This document shows, piece after piece, positions 39,795 through 53,803 of a stretch of DNA of 64,000 nucleotides; positions within the stretch are counted from its first letter, which is position 1; each line of letters opens with the position of its first letter. Made by a program: the position numbers and the translations under genes. The notes under the pieces were generated by a model, which saw nothing but the letters and a program-made list of their open reading frames with translations, was not told where the DNA came from and did not search any database. Origin of the DNA: the human T2T-CHM13v2.0 reference genome, Homo sapiens; the NCBI GenBank assembly GCA_009914755.4, contig CP068257.2, positions 28,384,001-28,448,000 on the forward strand, given 5' to 3'.

Positions 39795-40086
39795 GGGCCA
39801 GGCTGGTGGCTCACGCCTGTAATCCCAGCACTTTTGGGAGGCCGAGGCAGGCGAATCACGAGGTCAGGAGTTCAAGACCAGCATGGCCAACATGGTGAAA
39901 CCCCATCTCTACTAAAAATACAAAAATTAGCCGGGCTTGATAGGGGGCGCCTGTAATCCCAGCTACTAAGAGGCTGAGGGAGGAGAATCGCTTGAACTCC
40001 GGAGGCGGAGGTTGCGGTGAGCTGAGATCACGCCACTGCACTCCAGCCTGAGTGACAAAGGAAGATCTTATCACCAAAAAAAAAAA
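39795..40086 (+). mobile_element. Alu SINE, full length
   Basis: gggccaggctggtggctcacgcctgtaatcccagcacttttgggaggccgaggcaggcgaatcacgaggtcaggagttcaagaccagcatggccaacatggtgaaaccccatctctactaaaaatacaaaaattagccgggcttgatagggggcgcctgtaatcccagctactaagaggctgagggaggagaatcgcttgaactccggaggcggaggttgcggtgagctgagatcacgccactgcactccagcctgagtgacaaaggaagatcttatcaccaaaaaaaaaaa. Confidence 0.9.
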
Positions 40087-40116
40087 TTGTCTCTTGTCCC
40101 CCCTAACCACTGCTTA

Positions 40117-40475
<359 letters not shown>

Positions 40476-40792
40476 GTATTCAGCAAACCATACCATTGAG
40501 TTGATGAGCTTCCTTCTTTTATGTTTTCTAGAAGCCAAATTACTGTTTGAAAATAATCGTAACATTCAACTTTGTTATTAAAACATGGCTCATTAAATGT
40601 CGTTGCCAATCACCTAGAGAGATAATATCTGAATCACCTTTGAAAATACTTTGTAACTACAGGGTTCTAAAAAAATTTCATTTTTTGTTGCCCATATATT
40701 TTTTTAACTGTATTATATTGAATAGGCATATTCCATGAGAATAACTACAAAATTATGGAATTACACTTTTAAAACCTAAGAATACATATTTT

Positions 40793-41147
40793 ATTTATTT
40801 ATTTATTGTTAGTTTAGGTTTGGAGGTACTTGTGAAAGTTTGTTACATAGGTAAATGTGTGTCATGGGGGTTTGTTGTACAGATTATTTCATCACCCAGG
40901 TATTAAGCCCAGTACTCAAGAGGCCTCTTTTCTGCTCCTCTCCTTCCTCCCACCCTCCCTCTCAAGTGCACCCCAGTTTCCTTGTTTGTGTTCGTAAGTT
41001 CTTATCATTTGGCTCCTACTCATAAGTGAGAACATGTGGTATCTGGTTTCCTGTTCCTGTGTTGACTTGCTAAGGATAATGACCTCCAGCTCCATTCACA
41101 TTCCTGCAGAAGCCATGATCTTGTTTTTTTTTAATGGCTGCATAGTA
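40793..41147 (-). mobile_element. LINE-1 3'-end fragment, about 355 bp, antisense, TSD about aagaatacat.tttt
   Basis: tatttatttatttattg (poly(A) reverse complement) then ttagtttaggtttggaggtacttgtgaaagtttgttacataggtaaatgtgtgtcatgggggtttgttgtacagattatttcatcacccaggtattaagcccagtactc..ctcataagtgagaacatgtggtatctggtttcctgttcctgtgttgacttgctaaggataatgacctccagctccattcacattcctgcagaagccatgatcttgtttttttttaatggctgcatagta. Direct repeat aagaatacatatttt at 40778-40792 and aagaatacatttttaa at 41148. Confidence 0.7.
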
Positions 41148-42428
41148 AAGAATACATTTTTAATTCAGTATGTTTGAAAAAATTAGTTATTCCTGTACTT
41201 AATATATATATATATACTAAGACTAATGCCTTCTAAGCTTAATACTATATTTCTTCTTATGTATAATTATACATTTTTTGTTTTATTATTTTTTTCATCT
41301 ATAAAATGAGTGAATTGTTCCAGCTTAATAATCTTTTGTACTTCACTAGTAAGCTAGTTGAAAGCTAATTTTCATTCCCAGATACGGATTTTCCTACAAA
41401 AATCTAACAAATTAGTCTGTATTAAGATAAAATTAGGTGATCAAAGTGTGAGAGTGTTATCTACACAAGACATCTGATGAGCACAGCCACATGTAATTCT
41501 TCATATTAGCCTAATCCTTTCTAGGGAGATTAACCAGTACTTAGAAAGTGTTAAGCTCCAAACTCACCTCTTAATGTTCTGAAAGCAAGAGAAGTAAGCT
41601 AAAATTTATACAGAATTTACCACGTGTAAGGAGCTCTTCATAGTCTACCTAATTGATTCCCCAGAATTACCCTAGAAGGATAGTGTAGTTTCTGACAGAA
41701 ACTGTTTGATGTAGGCCACAGTAAAGGTCACCGAAGAAAAAAAGTCTGATGCTTTAAGTATAGAAGAGTAAAATAATTTTGAAAATAGCCAGGATGGGGG
41801 AACTGAAGGATCACAGAGGCTCAGCAGAGACTGCTCTGTCTTCTGGTCCACCAAAATTGTCCTGTTTACTTCTGTTTTGTCCTTAAAATAATCTGTTTTA
41901 TAAGATAACATTCTTTTAATGTCCTCAACGTTAAAACAAAACATCTCCTCCGCCCCCCAAAAAGTTCTTTTTATTTTTTATTTTGATCAGAGAAAAGCCC
42001 CAAATGACATTAATAACCCACGAATAATCGTTCTCCATGGCTAGAACATGTTAAAAGCCTTTGATCCTCTTTCAAAGGAACAAAACACAATCCCACTAAA
42101 AGTGTCATGTGGCTGTTTTGCTCTTGCATACAGCAAGGAAATGAACCTCAGTGTTGTGCAAGCAAGTTTTGCCTGAAATTAATTTTGAGCTTAACTATCT
42201 ATTTAGGCTGTAACAGAAATGGGTCTGGAGTAAACAAGGAAAAGCCACTTGAATTACATCTCGGCCTCTGAAGATTCTAATTTGCTTGGTTGCAAGTCTC
42301 ATCCCTCCTTTCCGGGAGATGATAGCTGCAATGCTGCACACAGGGCAAATGGAGATCTAGAACGAGTTGACAGCGCTATTTGAAAACTCACTTCTTATAT
42401 TTAATTCCTGGTTTTTGTTCTATTTTCT

Positions 42429-42736
<308 letters not shown>

Positions 42737-43911
42737 TTTTTGTTCTATTTTCAAAATGAGGTCACTTCTTCAAAAAGAGTCTAAAAGTAACAGCTGTCAT
42801 GTTATACAAACTTTCTTTTTATCTTCCTTCCTTTTTACTTTGACATCTTCCCCTCTTCATGCCAGTGTGGTTCTCTATTAATTCTGCCAATCATTAACCT
42901 AGTCTCTCAGCTCTTCTTCACAGTATTGGCACAGTTTATCTTTCAATCATGTCAATGAACAAATATATTTCACTACAGGAAGATGTTTGGCTATTTCAAT
43001 GTGGTAATGAAAGCAAATGCAACGTGGCTCCTCCTTTATTCCAGCCTTGCCAGTGAGTATGGTTCCTCTGCCACACAGTCTTCATGGGAGGGCTACTCTT
43101 CACCTACTGTTGTTGAATAAACCCTGTGTTCTCTCACTTCTAAGCCAGAAGGCCTTTTTTGTATATCTACCTGTCCTGCAAAGATCAATTCAAATTCTGC
43201 CTCTGCCGAGAAACTTCATCCCAACCAACCCAAGGGCGCATGAATCTCTCTTTCCCATAATAATATGCTACTTTGTTTATCTCTCTGATTTAGTATTTAT
43301 CACAGTCTTCCTTGAGACTGAGTTATTTATGAGAGCTTCTCTCTTGGTGAAGTATAAGAGGTCAAGGACCATGTATAATTTATACAGTCAAACCCCCAAA
43401 TGCTCAGCATAATCCTCTGCACATAGTATCCACAAACAAGTGTGTGTTGAAACAAACTGCATTGAATTTAGAATACTTTTAAATTTGAATTACTCTTACA
43501 TTCAACCTCAAGAACAAGGTAAATAATTTAAAAAGCTAAATATACTTTTGACTTCTTTTGTAGTAATTTTGGATATCACATTCTCAAAATCGCTTGTCAA
43601 AGCGTTAGGGTCAAAATAAATTTTGGGACCTCACTCTTTCTCATCTAGCTAGTTTCATTTGTTCATTTGTTCTTCTAGCTAGTTTCCATCCACTCTAATG
43701 AAAGGGGGTAGAATCTTATTTTTCCCCAAATTTTCCTCAGATGGCTCATTTATTAATAACTCAATATTCTAAGTGCGGCCTGTGAAGCAACAGCAACAAC
43801 ACCACCTAGGAACTTGTTAGAAATGCAAAATCTTAGGCCAAATCAAGACCTACTGAACCAGAATCTACATTTTATCAAGATACCCAGGTGGCTTTCATAT
43901 GTAAGTTTGAA

Positions 43912-44255
43912 GGCCGGGTGCGGTGGTTCATGCTTGTAATCCCAGCACTTTGGGAGGCCAAGGCAAGTGAACCACCTGAGTTCGGGAGTTCAAGACCAGC
44001 CTGACCAACATGAAGAAACCCCGACTCTACTAAAAATACAAAATTAGCTGGGCGTGGTGGCACATGCCTGTAATCCCAGCTATTCAGGAGGCTGAGTCAG
44101 GAGAATCACTTGAACCCGGGAGGTGGAGGTTGTGGTGAGGCTAGATTGAGCCACTGCACTCCAGCCTGGGGAACGAGAGTGAAACTCTGTCTCAAAAATA
44201 AAAATAAAATAAAATAAAATAAAATAAAATAAAATAAAATAAAATAAAATAAAAA
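43912..44255 (+). mobile_element. Alu SINE, full length, with (AAAAT)n tail
   Basis: ggccgggtgcggtggttcatgcttgtaatcccagcactttgggaggccaaggcaagtgaaccacctgagttcgggagttcaagaccagcctgaccaacatgaagaaaccccgactctactaaaaatacaaaattagctgggcgtggtggcacatgcctgtaatcccagctattcaggaggctgagtcaggagaatcacttgaacccgggaggtggaggttgtggtgaggctagattgagccactgcactccagcctggggaacgagagtgaaactctgtctcaaaaataaaaataaaataaaataaaat... Confidence 0.9.
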
Positions 44256-44522
44256 GAGGTTTGAGAAGCACTGCTATCATATCATGTATGTATTTCCTAA
44301 GGCACCCCTCCACCCCCTCCCCACCCAACGCCAATCATGTGTGCCACACACACACAATTGCCTGAAGCAATTGCTGGTTTCTAGAAAATTAAGAGTTAGT
44401 AAACAATTCTGATTTTGGTTTTAATTAGAAGAGCTACACTTGGGTGGGGACTGGAGGATGCCTTCTTTATTCAATCTTATTCTCTTACTTTTGTGTTTTG
44501 ACTATTTTTATCATTTTAAAAG

Positions 44523-44662
44523 CTCAGTACAAGGTTAAGTAAAACATTATTTTCTATCTGTGAAACAAGAATAACTAGATATTTAAAGCTATACATTTAG
44601 GCTTTCTGTTCTTCAAGGGTTATTTCTTCTTTTCTAGGCTTCATGCTTATGATTTTCATAGC
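44523..44662 (+). repeat. Local segmental duplication, copy A (about 135 bp), ending in one copy of the 21-bp VNTR unit
   Basis: ctcagtacaaggttaagtaaaacattattttctatctgtgaaacaagaataactagatatttaaagctatacatttaggctttctgttcttcaagggttatttcttcttttctaggcttcatgcttatgattttcat is about 93% identical to 46848-46980. Confidence 0.7.
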
Positions 44663-46847
44663 TTTGTTAAAATAAATGGTCCTGTTGTCTTGTATCTCAG
44701 TAGTAAAAACAGGATAAACTTACACTTCCTATTACAGAAAATAAAATATTCACTGACTACCAACTATGTATCAAGAATTCAACTCTGTATTTTTCTCATA
44801 ATCAGGTAGACTTCATTTTTTCCCCCGAATATACAGGCAAAGGAAATGAGACCCAGATGGACTGAGCAATTTGCTCAAGATCATATTTGAACTCATCCAT
44901 TTGACCTCTCAATTTCTGTCCTTTCTAACACATTCATTTGCCCAACTCACATCTACTTATTGGGCATCTAGAATTTTCCAGGCACTGTGTTAGGAGTAAG
45001 ACACATATAGATTTTTGCCTTCATGGGGCCTACATTATACTAGGATAATTTGAGAAAAATAAATAAAAAGCAAAAATGAGTTAGTTACGGCATTTATGAT
45101 AAGTGCTTTGAAGAAGAGTTTTAGAATGCAATGAAACTGTACAACATGGGACTTAATTTGAGAAGCAGAGAAGACTTTCCTGAAATGATGAATAGTAATG
45201 AACCAAGTAAGATGGCTAAGTAAGTGAGGGAAGGATACTATCTTACAAAGACAAGCATGAGCACGTATAATACCTTGGAGCTGAAAGAGGCACTGGTCTA
45301 TTACCACACTGGAGAGTTATTTCTAAATTCTGGGAATTGATTCAATGTTTGAGAAATAAAATTCCAGCTTTTCCATTTGCATGCTTTGAGATTTCTCTAA
45401 TTCCTAGTTTCCTTTGCAAATCTGGATAAAAACCCTCATAATAATAACATCACAACAACAAGTCAGCGATAATAATGTCTATTCCAAAGTGTCTGGCAGA
45501 TAATGGGTACTCAATGGATATTTAACAATAAATGAATGATGGTTGTGATGACTAAATAATATAATAAATGTGGAAAGCCATAATTGTTCATTTAGCCATT
45601 CATTTGTTTACTATTAATATAAATATTTATTGAGTTCTTTTTGTAGGCCTAGTAATATATAGTTAAATAAAAATATCTTTGTTATATAAGTGGTAGTTTT
45701 TCTTCTTGCTTTTTTAAATGTTATAAAATTAATAAAGGATCTGTAAATGTTAATGGATCCCTGAGTTGCAGCACTCACATGCTTTTGTAAAAGTTTACCA
45801 TTTAGATCAAAACTCTGGGAAGTATATATTTTGAAATTCACAGCCAGAGTATTTCCTCATAATTTAAGTTTTAGCTGTTATTAATCATGGTTTCAAGTAA
45901 CCAAGGCTTTCCTAACTTTATAAAATGAAAAATCTGACTATAATTATGAATAATACAACTGTACCCTGGGAAGCTGATGTTCAGATATTGTCATGCTGAG
46001 AAAAGCAGCCCAGCCAGCCTCTTATCCTAGAACATCATATTCTGTCCCACATGGTTTTACCCCTCCGGTTATAACCAATTGAACCACGGATAGACAACTG
46101 ACTCAACATTAGCCAATGATCTATGAAGTGGCCAAAGGTGAAACCTTTGTAGGGTACCTTATGTGGGATGGTGAGTGCTAAAACCAAGCAAGGCCTCTCA
46201 TTTGGAATATGAATGTAGGAGTAACAGAAAATGAGTACTTGCTCAATACGAGTGGAGAGAATAGAAGTGGAGAAGGTAGCCAATAAGAACATCAGTGTTT
46301 TAGGGGGTACTTACTATGGTTCTAGTGAAGTCCCAGAGTTGATGTCAAATGAGTAGTGGTATAGATGATTTCATAAATTCAGTTCTCAATTTATACTCCA
46401 ATCTTGAAGAAACTTGACTATTTAGAAATTCAGTTTTTTCCCCCATAAGAATTGGCCAGGTGATGATACTGAATTTTTACATTTTCCACATAACTTTCAA
46501 CAAGTGTCAGTTTATTACGTTAATATAATTTAAGAAAGCCTAAATGGTGTACTATACCTACTTCAAATTTCTAAGTCAGGAACCCATGTTATTACTAGTT
46601 TTACAGAAAATGTCAAAAGTTACTTTAGAACAACTTTATTTCAATAGTGATTTCCAACTTTCCTTCAATTAAACTATCACCAGAAAAATCTGTAACTGCT
46701 ACAAATTTTCAGAGAAAAGTTACTATTCTACTCATAGGTGTGTGGTATCAAGTGAAACACTATTTTATGCCACATATACATGAACATGCATGCAGCAGTG
46801 TTTTCAACTGGCAGCATTTTGCCTAACACTAACCTTGCTGACTTCAA

Positions 46848-46980
46848 CTCAGTACAAGGTTAAGTAAAATATTATATTCTATTTGTGAAACAAGAATAAC
46901 TAGATATTTAAAGCTATACATTTAAGTTTTCTGTTCTTCAAGGGTTATTTCTTCTTTGCTAGGCTTCATGCTTATGATTC
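46848..46980 (+). repeat. Local segmental duplication, copy B, running directly into the VNTR
   Basis: ctcagtacaaggttaagtaaaatattatattctatttgtgaaacaagaataactagatatttaaagctatacatttaagttttctgttcttcaagggttatttcttctttgctaggcttcatgcttatgattc. Confidence 0.7.
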
Positions 46981-47560
46981 AGCTTCATGCTTATGGTACT
47001 AGGCTTCAAGTTTATGATTCAGCTTCATGCTAATGGTATTAGGCTTCATGCTTATGGTACTAGGTTTCATGCTTATGGTACTAGGCTTCGTGCTTATGGT
47101 ATTGGGCTTCATGCTTATGGTATTGGGCTTCATGCTTATAGTATTGGGCTTCATGCTTATGGTACTAGGCTTCGTGCTTATGGTATTAGGCTTCATGCTT
47201 ATGATTCAGCTTCATGCTTATGATATTAGGCTTATACTTATGGTACTAGGCTTCATGCTTATGGTACTAGGCTTCATGCTTATGGTATTAAGCTTCATAC
47301 TTATGGTACTAGGCTTCATGCTTATGGTATTAGGCTTCATGCTTATGGTACTAGGTTTCATGCTTATGGTACTAGGCTTCGTGCTTATGGTACTAGGCTT
47401 CATGCTTATGGTATTAGGCTTCATGCTTTTGATTCAGTTTCATGCTTATGGTATTAGGCTTCATGCTTATGGTACTAGGTTTCATGCTTATGGTACTAGG
47501 CTTCATGCTTATGGTACTAGGCTTCGTGCTTATGGTACTAGGCTTCATGCTTATGGTATT
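46961..47560 (+). repeat. Minisatellite/VNTR: 21-bp unit aggcttcatgcttatggtact, about 28 copies (about 600 bp), with variant units
   Basis: Uninterrupted head-to-tail array of ..taggcttcatgcttatggtac.. with variants: ggtatt, ggtttc, ggcttcg, and gattcagcttcatgcttatg at 46976, 47017, 47206 and 47421. It produces the artefactual ORFs MLMVLGFMLMVLGF.. (+) and MKPNTISMKPSTIS.. (-). Confidence 0.9.
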
Positions 47561-49186
47561 CAGATGGTGGTTAATCACCATTCCAGTGGTTCTGACCTGT
47601 AAATCACTAGCAACCACAACAGATCTTCAGCATAATCTCAAACTTGTTTATATGTATTTCAAATAAAAGATGCCTCATTTTCTTTCCAAAAATTACAAAA
47701 CAAAACAAAACAATAACAGTACCAGACTACCATGTTTTTAAATAGTAATTTATTAAAGTGTCTATATATTTCAACTTAAAATATGAAGTGGGAAAGGAAA
47801 TGAGCTCTCGATATTATAGTTCCCATGTTAAGTATATTTCATTTCATAAAATAACTTTGGATCCCATTTTGTCAACAAATAAATTTTGAAGAAGTTAAAA
47901 AACATTTAAAATAAATAACAACAGCAATAATTTCAATAAGTTAAAGAAAAATCGAAGACAAACAAGACTATTGTGTCTGACTTAGATGTATAGCATTTGA
48001 GTGCAAAACAATAAAGAAAGTAATATCCACAAAAGTCAGGCTAGTAGTTAATCTTTGAGATTAACCAAATGGGATCATAGTTGGATGAAGAAATGTGAAT
48101 ATCTTTGGGATGACTTGCAATATTCTTATTTCCTGAGATGAGTGGTAGTTATATCAGTTATCATTTTATAATAATTCATTGAGTGGTTTGTTTTTTGCAG
48201 CTTTCTGCATTTATGTAATATTTAACAACAGAAAAGTGTTTCTAAAATATGATTTTGTTCAAAATAACATTTTGCCTTAAAGAACTGTGATTTACTAATG
48301 TATGCAAAATAAGAGGTCCAGAAGTAAGCAGTTTCAGGTTGGGATAATTTTGTTTTAGTGATGTGGGGATTTAGGGTCAACTTCTCTCCCATTCTCTAAG
48401 ATTCTCCCTCATCTTTGAAAGATGGTGGACTCAACACCAAAACACACCTATGTACACCTGCTAGAAGCCTGAGAGAAGGAGCGTGGGAGTAAAATAATCT
48501 TTATATGACCTCCTTTCATTTTCTGAATGAGTTAGTGTGAGATTATTGCCACTTGCTCATTTAAGGTTTATAATAACTTAGTGGAACATCTGGGTGTATA
48601 ATTTTTTTGTGGGAAGACTGATTTAAACCATTTTATTTAATTACTGGATATATGGCTAATTAGAGAATTTTAAATCTCTTGTTGTTTCTGTAGTTTTATT
48701 TTTCAAAGAGTTTAGCCATTTATTATAGATATTAAAATTGTTGGTATAATGCTGATGTTAATATTCTCTTTTAATCCTTTTAATGTTGGTAGGATCTGAA
48801 ATAATTACTCCTCTTTTGTCAATGATTTTGGTAATTTCTATTTATTCCACTTTTAAAAATTAATAGAACTAGAGGTTTCTAATTGTATTGATCTTACAAA
48901 GTATCAAAATTGCCTTTGTTAGCTTTCTCTAAAATTTCTTTTTCATTTCATTGATTTTTGCTATTTGTTATTTCCTACCTTTCACTTGCTTTGAAATTAC
49001 TTTTGTTTCCTACCTTCTTAAGATGAAATCTTAATTCACTTAATTTTAGACTTCAAAACTTTTTAAATACAGCAAATCTAGTATTTTTCTTAAAACATTG
49101 GCTATTTTATTTCTAAATTTTTTATTTGGTTCATTTTTTAATACTTTCTGTTCCACTGCTGAGATTTACCATCCTTTCATTTATTT

Positions 49187-49442
<256 letters not shown>

Positions 49443-52400
49443 TGAGATACCTTGGAATTGTTCTATATTAATTGTTTCTTCTTTTGGAAAGTAGACATTT
49501 TACTCGTTGTTTTTATGTTGCACACTTCTGGATCATGTCCTGAATTTGTGATTTACATTATTTTGAAGGCTCTGGATCTTTTTATATTGCTCCAGAAAAT
49601 GTTTTTGTTGTTTTTGCTGTTATTGTTGTTTTGGTATTCAGTTTACTTTGTTGGACTCAAACTGCAAGCTGTGTCTTTTCAGCAATAGGTCAAATTTCAG
49701 TTTAGTTATTTTATTCTTAGCTGGATTCCTCTGAATATGAGGTGCATATGTGTGGTTTAGGTATGAGCTGGAAATTTGGGTAGAGTTTATACTCAAAATG
49801 TGAGTCTGCCGTTCTCTATGCCTCTTTTCTTTCCTGGATATCTCCCTCACATTCTAGAAGCTAAGGTTGCCATGAAGTCTGCCCTTTGGTTCTTTAGGCC
49901 AGGAATTCTGTGAATTTTCTATTGAAATTTTGGCCACCATGGGCAATAGTAACTGACGCTTGCAGGCTAAAGGCTAAAATTGGAGCTAACACAATGTTGT
50001 TTCCTTCTTCTCTGTGTCCATTTACCTCCAGATTTTGCCTGTTCTATTTACACTTCAGGGACTTCCAGGCTATTCCTTTTGGTATTTTGTCTGGAGTTAA
50101 TATTTGCTGTGTGTGAGAGGGCCAGTGGAGTCAGCATTTAATTGGCAACAGTATAAATGGAACTTATGCCTATTAGCAATCAAGTAAGAAGCTCTAGTGG
50201 ACAACTTTTTATTTGCAGCTGTCTATAATTTTGTCACATGTCCCTCCTTTCATCAATTACGGTTCATCCTTAGGGTTGCGGGGAAGAGCATGACTTCCTT
50301 AAGCACATTTTTTTCCCTATAAATTATCAGGAATAAGTAAGGGGGGAACTGCCATTGGCATAACAATCAATAGCCTCTGGGAGTCACTTCCTCATAGATG
50401 CAGAGATTTGTTTTTCTTTCCCTTCCTTGAATTAGGAAGAAATGATGTTTTGAATCAGATTGTAGATGGATAACTTCAGCAAATCATTAGACAAACATAA
50501 ATTCCTACTAAATTAAGTTCTTCTATGAGGTTCTGCTTAGAACAGACCCAATAACATCCCCAGGATTGGCAGAAAATCAGACAATTGAGTCTTGATTCTC
50601 AACTTAAATACTTTGCAATGCTTAACTAGGCACGAGGCATTATACCTTCACCTCATAGAGGAACTTGCCACTTTCACTTTACAGATGCAACGAAGAATAG
50701 GGTTTCTTATAGATGGTCACATAAAAAATGAAAACACAGTAGGAAGAACAATATCTTTTATGCCTGGGATTCTTTGAAAATAACAAAATACGTAAGATAA
50801 AAATTGTGTCCTAGAAGTGTTTACAATCCTTCAGGGGAGAAAACAAATTTCAAAGAAAGGCTGAATAATATGTTTTAGAGAAGCATATGCAATATAACTT
50901 CATGTGCAAGGAAGAAGAAATAATTAAATCTGGCAGAGAGTCTTGAAGGATATTTTTAATCTACAATATTTGAGCAGGATCACAAAAGATGATTTATTGT
51001 GATAAGTGAATTAGGAAAGGATATTACAGCCTGAGGAAGAATCATGAACTAATCATGGAAGCATTGATGTGCTGAGTGTTCAAATAACATCAACTACTGC
51101 ACTGTGACAACAGTATCACAAAAATCTTAATGAACCAGTGAGAAGTAAGAATGTACAATCATTTGGGGAACATATCAGGGAAATCCTTGAACACAGGGCT
51201 AAGCATTTGAATATAAAAACATTGTTTCAGAATTCTGTATCCATGTGGCTACACAGATACACACACATTTAATAAGAGGCAATTTATGAAAAGCACTAAG
51301 GTTGCAGCTAAGAAAACAGGAGTAGTAGTTTAAAGAATAAAGATGACATTTCTGGTTTGGATAACCAAGGAGAGCTTTTAGAAGGGAATAGAAGTTGAAT
51401 TCAGCCTTGGAATTTTGAGCAGAATGTTGAAAATGTTGACATGTAGAGCTGGGTGGCCATGGAAGATGAAATTGGAGGGAGGACACACATTTCAAAGCCC
51501 ACATGAATTAGACGGGTAGAAAAAAGACCACACTGCTTAAATTGTGAGAGATTCTGAATGCATGAGACATTATTAGAATAGTAAAGCTACTGTATTTCAT
51601 CTCAACTTAGATGCCATTAATAATTTGTACCATTATTTCACGTAATAGTAAATGGGGAGAAGGATATCAATTAGAGTATTAATTAGAGTTATTAATTGTA
51701 ACTCTAAGATGTTGAAATATGAAAAATTACATAAATAAGAAGCGGAATATCTAAACAACTCTTTTTATCTACATTTTGCCATGAAAATATTTAGTTTTTT
51801 AAAATTATCTTCAAATAAACAATTCATTGGAAAGATATAAATGTCAACTTACATAAAATTTAATTGCTATCCTTTAGAATAATTTTGCCAAAAACGCAGC
51901 AAGAGTTGAATACAACACAACTTTATGAAACAGCAGGCAAGAACAAAATGTTAATGTTCCTATGTGCTTGGAAAATGATGAGGGAATAAAATGGGTCCAT
52001 TCAACTCACTTGGGTGATGCTTATATCACGGCATAAGGGTTCTTTTGGTACCTTTGCTGAATTTCAACAATTCTATTCACTGGGCATTGCCAGAAAACTG
52101 ACAGAAAGCCAGTTACAGTTTTCTTTTCTCAATTACCCTATTTTCTTCCATTCACTCAGAAAGTAACAACCTTGGGAGACTAAGATTTTACACTGTAAGT
52201 TCAAACTTCCAATTAAAAGCCACTCTCTCTATAACTCTGACATGTTTTTCTTTATTTTTCCCATAAATTAGTGAATTTGCAGGCTTAACTTTTACATAAT
52301 GGCTCCAAGGGTCTTACCACATATCATTTATTCTGACAGTTTGGGGAAAAAAACAGTTGATTTTTTTTTTTAATCAAAATAAAAAGGCAAAACCATCATT

Positions 52401-53445
52401 ATATTTCTGGAAGCAATAGGGATCACACAGGTTGTAGTGCAGTCTTAGAGAGCTGAACAGCTTTTAGGTAGTTATCATTTTGCTTTATTTTTGCATTAAT
52501 TCACAAATTCATAAAAGTCGAGTAGATTAGATTTTACTTTTCTTTCTTGGAAAATGACAAACATGTTTCTTTCCAAATAGATACAAATTTTAAAAGTGCA
52601 GCTAATGAAGAATTAACAGCTGTCAAATTATAAGTAGATTTCATTCATTAATTAGTTTCTGTCCAGGGCACGCATACAGACATTTCAATAAACATGAATA
52701 TTGAAACTAAGAAGCTATGTCTGGGAGGCTATGCGATTAGCACATGAAACTTCATTTAGAGAATTAGGAAGTCCTAGAAAACTCTTGATTTGTCAGTTAT
52801 ATGGCTATGTGACACTGAATCCATTATAAAGAAATATTAAATATCTGTCAGATATTTGATTTACATAGTACCAACTAAACAATGTGTTTGGTTTTTCATT
52901 GAAATGTTTAAAGACTGCAAAATCCTCGTGCCGCAGTTACATCTCTAATTCAAGGTTAAACGTTCAAAATAATTCTTATCGAAATAATATGAGATTATGC
53001 ATTTTAAAGTTTCATTCCTCTTTTTCCTTACAGATTATACAAATCTTTATGTATATGTTCCAAGAATTTAGAATAAGATATGTGTATCTAACTTAGTTAA
53101 CTTGTAAGGAAAGCACCAAATACCAGATTTATATTGTCTGATACCATTCCAGTTGAAGATATTTTTGTGAATTTTAAAAATAACAAAAAGATATATTATG
53201 CCTATATGCAATTTATATGAAATCTTTACAATTCTTTTTTTATTGTCAATCCCTCTCATCTTAAAAGAGAGAAATGTATTAACTTCATTTCCATGGATTT
53301 TCATTTCCCTAGCGTGTCACCACATAAAAGTACTGTTGAAGCATGAGGTAGGTGGATAACAAATTAGAGAATACACTAATTTGTATGCATGCAATAAAAA
53401 TCTCAACTCAAACTATCTTACATAGTGGAGAAAATACATTATTGA

Positions 53446-53803
<358 letters not shown>

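Noticed and set aside
47027-47602. 191-aa ORF (MLMVLGFMLMVLGF...) and the companion 65-90-aa ORFs on both strands
   Set aside because: Pure translation of the 21-bp minisatellite (21 = 7 codons, so all frames stay open). Periodic, low-complexity, and with no start context. Not a gene.
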